A DNA stretch of 32,000 nt, taken from positions 240,001 through 272,000 of the forward strand of contig NC_010503.1 in NCBI RefSeq assembly GCF_000019345.1, given 5' to 3'. Positions 28,017 through 32,000 of the stretch are shown here, piece after piece. The position numbers were made by a program, and so were the translations under genes. Origin of the DNA: Ureaplasma parvum serovar 3 str. ATCC 27815. Lineage in GTDB: Bacteria > Bacillota_I > Bacilli_A > Mycoplasmatales > Mycoplasmoidaceae. The notes under the pieces are model-generated. The model was given only the letters and a program-made list of their open reading frames with translations, did no database searches and was not told the origin of the DNA. Within the stretch, counting starts at the first letter, position 1. Each line of letters starts with the position of its first letter.

Positions 28017-30365
28017 TTGATAAATAATAAAATAAAAGAAGCAAAAATCAAAAAGAAACTAGAAAAAAACAAAAAAGTTTCTTTAATGGGTTTTGTTTTA
28101 CTAACAGCTTCAGCAATTATTGCTTTTTATACATTCCCATCACTTTCAACAGCTGGTTGAATTGCAATTATCTTTGCTTTTATTACAGCTATGTGTTGAT
28201 TCATTCCAATTGGGATTGCAGCCGCTGAAATGGCAACAATTAAAGGTTGGGCCGAGGGGGGAATATTTACCTGGGTACGAAATTTATTAGGTCCACGAAA
28301 TGGGTTTATTGTAACCTGATTACAATTCCAAGTCACATTTGGATTTGTGGCTATGATCTTATTCGTCCTTTCATCCTTTTCATTTGCTTTCGCAGGTGCT
28401 GATGGATATAATTATTTTAATACACTTAAGTTGGGAACAACTTTAAATCAAGCTACATCAGTCAACTTTTCAAAAAACTTTAGCAATGGGGCATTATATG
28501 GAATTGGTATTGTTGTTGTCGCAGGTCTAATCTTTATGAGTTTATTAGGCCAAAAACGAACTCACCAATTTGGCCAAGTTGCTTTAATCATTGGTATTTT
28601 ACTACCATTCTTTATTATTTTAGGATTCCAAATTTATACAGTGGCAACAATGCCAGATCCATTATACTTTATTGGAAAACACTTCCAAAAAGAACCACAT
28701 TTAGACCCAAGTGTAACTGGTACTTCTTATGAATTAAATAAAACTTTCATGTCATCAGTTGTTATGGCATCTTTCATGGCATTTAGTTTTAGCTTACATG
28801 GTGTAGAAGTTTCAGCTATTGCTGCTAATCGAATGGATAATCCTTCTAAGAAATATCCACAAGCCATGATGATTGTTGTAATTTCTGCTTTAGTTTGCAT
28901 TATTATTGGATCAATTATGATTTCAATGACTGTACCAACTTCAACATTATCATTCAATGGTGGATTAGTACAGACAATTATGTTCAACTTATCTGTTGGT
29001 GGAATTGATGTTAAACTACCAGATGGCACAGTTGCTCATTATAAAACACTAGCACATGCATACTCAGTAATTGAAACTCAATATGGCACAGCTGCCGCTA
29101 ACCAAGTTATGTATCAATTTGTGTATGGTCATCCAATTAATACAGGTAGTGACTTAGCACGTTCTGATTTATTAACACTAACATCAGAAGTTAACGATCC
29201 TTTAAAAAACCCATCTTTATTTATTTCTGTTATGAATATAGAAACAAATAAAATGGCTATGCAAGGATTACAAGCTATTACTTTCTTCATTGGAATAGGT
29301 GTATTTGTTGAAGTTTCTGTTTGAATGTCAAACCTTTCAACTGGATTAAATTATGCAATGCGTAAAGCCCACTTCCCAGCATGGGTTACATATCGTTTAA
29401 AGAATGGGTCAGCGTTAACAGTAGCAATTTTATGAATTGTATTACTAATGTGCATTTTTGCAATTTACATGTTTGGTTATAATTCATTAATGCAATACAA
29501 AGGTCAAACAATTAGTGATATTTTAGCTAATGAAATTCGTATTAACCAAGATCAAAAAGAACCAATGGCTTTATTGTCTAATCAAAATTTAGATGAAATT
29601 AAACTAATGGCTCGTTCAATTTACGAACATAGTCATGCTCCTGGAGCACAAGCTAATGTTTTACATTTTGATTTTAATAAACATGCTAACAGTGAAGTAA
29701 AAGCAATTTATGATAAAATCAAAGATTATATTGGCATTAATGCCGTAGCATCGGGAACACCAGCATCAATTACTAATATTTCATTCATTTCAAACGTTGT
29801 TTCACAAATCTCAATGTATTATATTGGATATAACATTTTCTTAATTGGATATCTAAGATATGTCTTTAAAGCTAATTGATTACGTCGTGAATTTAGAGTT
29901 AAATGATCATGATTACAAATTAGTTTAGCTTTATTAGCAATGGGCGTTAATACATTTGCAGTTGTTGCAACTTACTTACCAGCTGCTCCAGAACTATATC
30001 CTGGACAAGAAGCTTATTATGTATTTATTTCAATTGCATTACCAATGTTTATATGCACATTATTACTTGGATTATTTATTTATCTAATTAATTATGCTTG
30101 AAATAAAAAACGAGGTATTAATTTATCAGAACATTCAAACTTAACAAACGTTGATCAAAATGTTTTAGATGTAATTAATAATTGACATTTATACAAAGAT
30201 CAAAAAGAATTTGCTAAATTTGAACGTCATGTGCAATTATTACAACAAAAACAAGTAATTGTAAGAACAACAAAAGATAAGGCACAAAGAGAATTAGTTG
30301 CGAATGAAATGCAATATTTAGCAGCTGAAATCGCAACAAGATTTGCACCAGAAGAAGAACATTAA
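28017..30365 (+). CDS. APC-superfamily amino-acid permease-like transporter, unusually large (782 aa)
   Basis: AGAGGTGA RBS 6 nt before in-frame TTG 28017, preferred over the track start at 27948. ORFs 27948-28160, 28347-29324 and 29448-29879 plus the tail share one frame via TGA-Trp. The TM1 motif [13 protein letters not shown] is typical of APC permeases, and there are about 12 hydrophobic segments. Confidence 0.8.
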
Positions 30366-30372
30366 AAAACAA

Positions 30373-30419
30373 AAATGAGTCTTAATACTTTTTTAAAAAG
30401 TGTTTTGACTTATTTTTTT
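30373..30419 (+). terminator. Rho-independent terminator after the permease gene
   Basis: The outer stem AAATGAGTC (30373-30381) pairs with GACTTATTT (30407-30415), with one G-U pair. An inner palindrome is ACTTTTT/AAAAAGT. A T7 run follows. Confidence 0.55.
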
Positions 30420-30428
30420 ATTTTACAC

Positions 30429-30455
30429 TTGACATATTATATATATATATATAAT
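30429..30455 (+). promoter_or_regulatory. Sigma-70-type promoter: TTGACA - 15 nt - TATAAT, spacer built from a TA repeat
   Basis: An exact -35 consensus lies at 30429-30434 and an exact -10 consensus at 30450-30455. It sits about 88 nt upstream of lipoprotein ATG 30543 and just after the preceding terminator. Confidence 0.6.
30438..30453. repeat. (TA)8 dinucleotide microsatellite
   Basis: Counted directly: eight uninterrupted TA units spanning 30438-30453. Confidence 0.95.
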
Positions 30456-30542
30456 CTAAATGTATACTCTTATATAAAATAAAGATAACAAATCAAATTA
30501 TTAAAATTCTTATTTATTAAATGTATAAAAGAAGGTTAAAAT

Positions 30543-31691
30543 ATGAAGAAGAATCATAAAAAATGATTATTAATGACAACGCCAATTTTATTAATTGGCG
30601 GATTATCAACATTGGCATTAACAAGTTGTAAAGACGGAAAAAAATCTAATCCAAAACCAGATAAACCATCAACTATAGAAGAATATAAATTAAGTTTATC
30701 AAGTGTTGAAACTGGTTTTAATGAAGCTAAATTAATTTTTGATAATAATGATAGTTTTAAAACATTAGATAATTTTAAAGTTATTTTAAAAAATACTCAA
30801 AACACTAATGAAGTTATTGAAGCAAGTAATTTATCTGCAACAATTGAAAATCAAAAATTAGTTTTAAAACTAAATAATTTACAAGACGGTCAAACATATA
30901 AAATTAACAAAATTTTATATCAAACAAATAAAGAAGTTATTTTAAGTAATAATCAAGTATTTACTACAAAAACTAAACCTAAAATTGAATATGAAGTACA
31001 AGAAAAAATTTTGAAACTTGATGATAAAACATATTATGTTGTTCTAAAAGTTAAAGACCCTCAAAATTTAAATGAACCAACAAAAGAAATTTTAAAATCT
31101 GTAACTTTTACTTCAAAAATCTCAAATGTTGCAAATCTTAAAAATGCAATATTAGAAAATCAAAGACCTTACGTTAAAGAAGATTATTCAGAAATTCAAA
31201 TTAAATTACCAAGAGTACCTGTAATTAGTGAAAAAATAGAAATCACTGCAAACAATTCCTTATTTAAATCATTCACAATTACTGTTGGTGAAAAACATAT
31301 TAAAAATGTGGAAAAAATCATCGATATCACTAAAAAAGTTTTTGGTAATCAAGAATTAAAATCTATTAGTATTACAAAACAAAATAGTAGCAGTGCCAAT
31401 ATAACATTAAGTTTAAAATTAAATGGTAATTCAATTATTGTTGGTGCTAACAAATTAATTAATAAAAAAGACAAAGCAATAAAATTTAGCTTCTTTGTTA
31501 AAAATAAAGCAACAAATACAGTTAAAGAATTTAATTTCAATGAAAAATCAAAACCTATTGGAAGCTATCAATTCACATTAAATGGATTAGATGCTAATAG
31601 TGATTTTGTAATTGAAGATATTAGATATGATGATAAATCAATCAAAATTACAGAAGAGCTTTTAGCTAGCTTAAGTTTTTCAACAAAATAA
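30543..31691 (+). CDS. Surface lipoprotein (382 aa), modular
   Basis: ATG 30543 joins ORF 30573-31691 via one TGA-Trp. The signal peptide plus lipobox reads MKKNHKKWLLMTTPILLIGGLSTLALTSC. The mature part is hydrophilic and K/N-rich. Confidence 0.85.
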
Positions 31692-31747
31692 ATTAAATAC
31701 ATAATTTATTGTATAAAACACAAAAAATATAGTTTAGGAAATGAAAT

Positions 31748-32000
31748 ATGAAAAAATGACAAAAAATTTTAACAATTGCACTACCAACTAGTTTATTAGT
31801 TGCTATTCCAATTGTTGTTGCTTCATGTTCTACTAAGAGTGAAGCACAAAAAGAATTTGAAAAAACTTATAAAGAATATTTAAGTTGATTAGACAAATTA
31901 GCTTCAAAAATGCCAGCACTTAAAGAAGCTTTTAGTACTTTGAAAGAAGAAATTAATAAACAAATCAATAAGAGTGAAAAATTATCTGATGAAGCGTATA
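31748..32000 (+). CDS. Lipoprotein (3' end outside window)
   Basis: ATG 31748. The product begins MKKWQKILTIALPTSLLVAIPIVVASCSTK, with a TGA-Trp at codon 4 and the lipobox VVASC. The frame is open to the window edge. Confidence 0.8.

Noticed and set aside
28256-28261. G6 run in the permease gene as a slippage site
   Set aside because: It is short, encodes the conserved Glu-Gly-Gly context of the transporter, and is not comparable to known poly-G switches.
28127-29029. Minus-strand ORFs 28127-28336 and 28727-29029 inside the permease gene
   Set aside because: They are antisense shadow ORFs of a TM-rich CDS.
31349-31540. Minus-strand 63-aa ORF inside the lipoprotein gene
   Set aside because: It is an antisense shadow ORF.
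1-32000. Interpretation of the fragmented ORFs as a field of pseudogenes
   Set aside because: Every break is a TGA at a position where homologues have Trp, and there are no frameshifts or TAA/TAG interruptions. This is the Mollicute genetic code.
1-32000. Search for tRNA, rRNA, CRISPR arrays, IS elements or prophage genes
   Set aside because: I found no GTTCGAATC-type T-arm contexts, no regularly spaced direct repeats, and no transposase or phage-like ORFs. The absence is based on reading by eye only.

Overview
This is a strongly AT-rich chromosomal segment from a Mollicute (Mycoplasma/Ureaplasma-like) that uses translation table 4. The supplied standard-code ORF track breaks at in-frame TGA codons that sit at conserved Trp positions (MetRS FDWGIP, L28 RRWNVN, Amt FGWFGFN). 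Reading TGA as Trp re-joins the fragments into 30 tightly packed CDSs. I see no rRNA, tRNA, CRISPR array or IS element. Gene order: metG (5' partial) | pstS-pstCA-pstB-phoU | copZ-copA | minus strand rpsO, then rnc-plsX-yloV/fakA-yloU/asp23-orphan | rpmB | minus strand rplU-prp-rpmA | gmk, rlmN-like, PP2C phosphatase, Ser/Thr kinase, rsgA | two tandem amt paralogues | orphan membrane protein and fhs | stand-alone tyrosine recombinase | oversized APC permease | two lipoprotein genes (second 3' partial). Most of the window is housekeeping and keeps remnants of the Bacillus 'ylo' region gene order. I found no convincing multi-gene novel system such as a defence island, toxin-antitoxin pair or mobile element. 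Five observations deserve follow-up. (1) An intact RlmN homologue appears to have lost every catalytic and cluster-binding cysteine. (2) A (TA)8 tract forms the spacer of a consensus TTGACA/TATAAT promoter in front of a lipoprotein gene, which makes it a candidate phase switch. (3) The tandem Amt paralogues have a mosaic identity pattern (about 99 percent over 240 nt, much lower elsewhere). They have no GlnK partner and carry extended C-terminal tails, one of them Cys-rich. (4) Two orphan proteins (212 aa and 428 aa) are inserted into otherwise conserved contexts. (5) A short stand-alone tyrosine recombinase lies near the lipoprotein genes. The paired amt genes plus fhs and the Xer-like gene are reminiscent of Ureaplasma, but that is an inference I cannot confirm without a database search.
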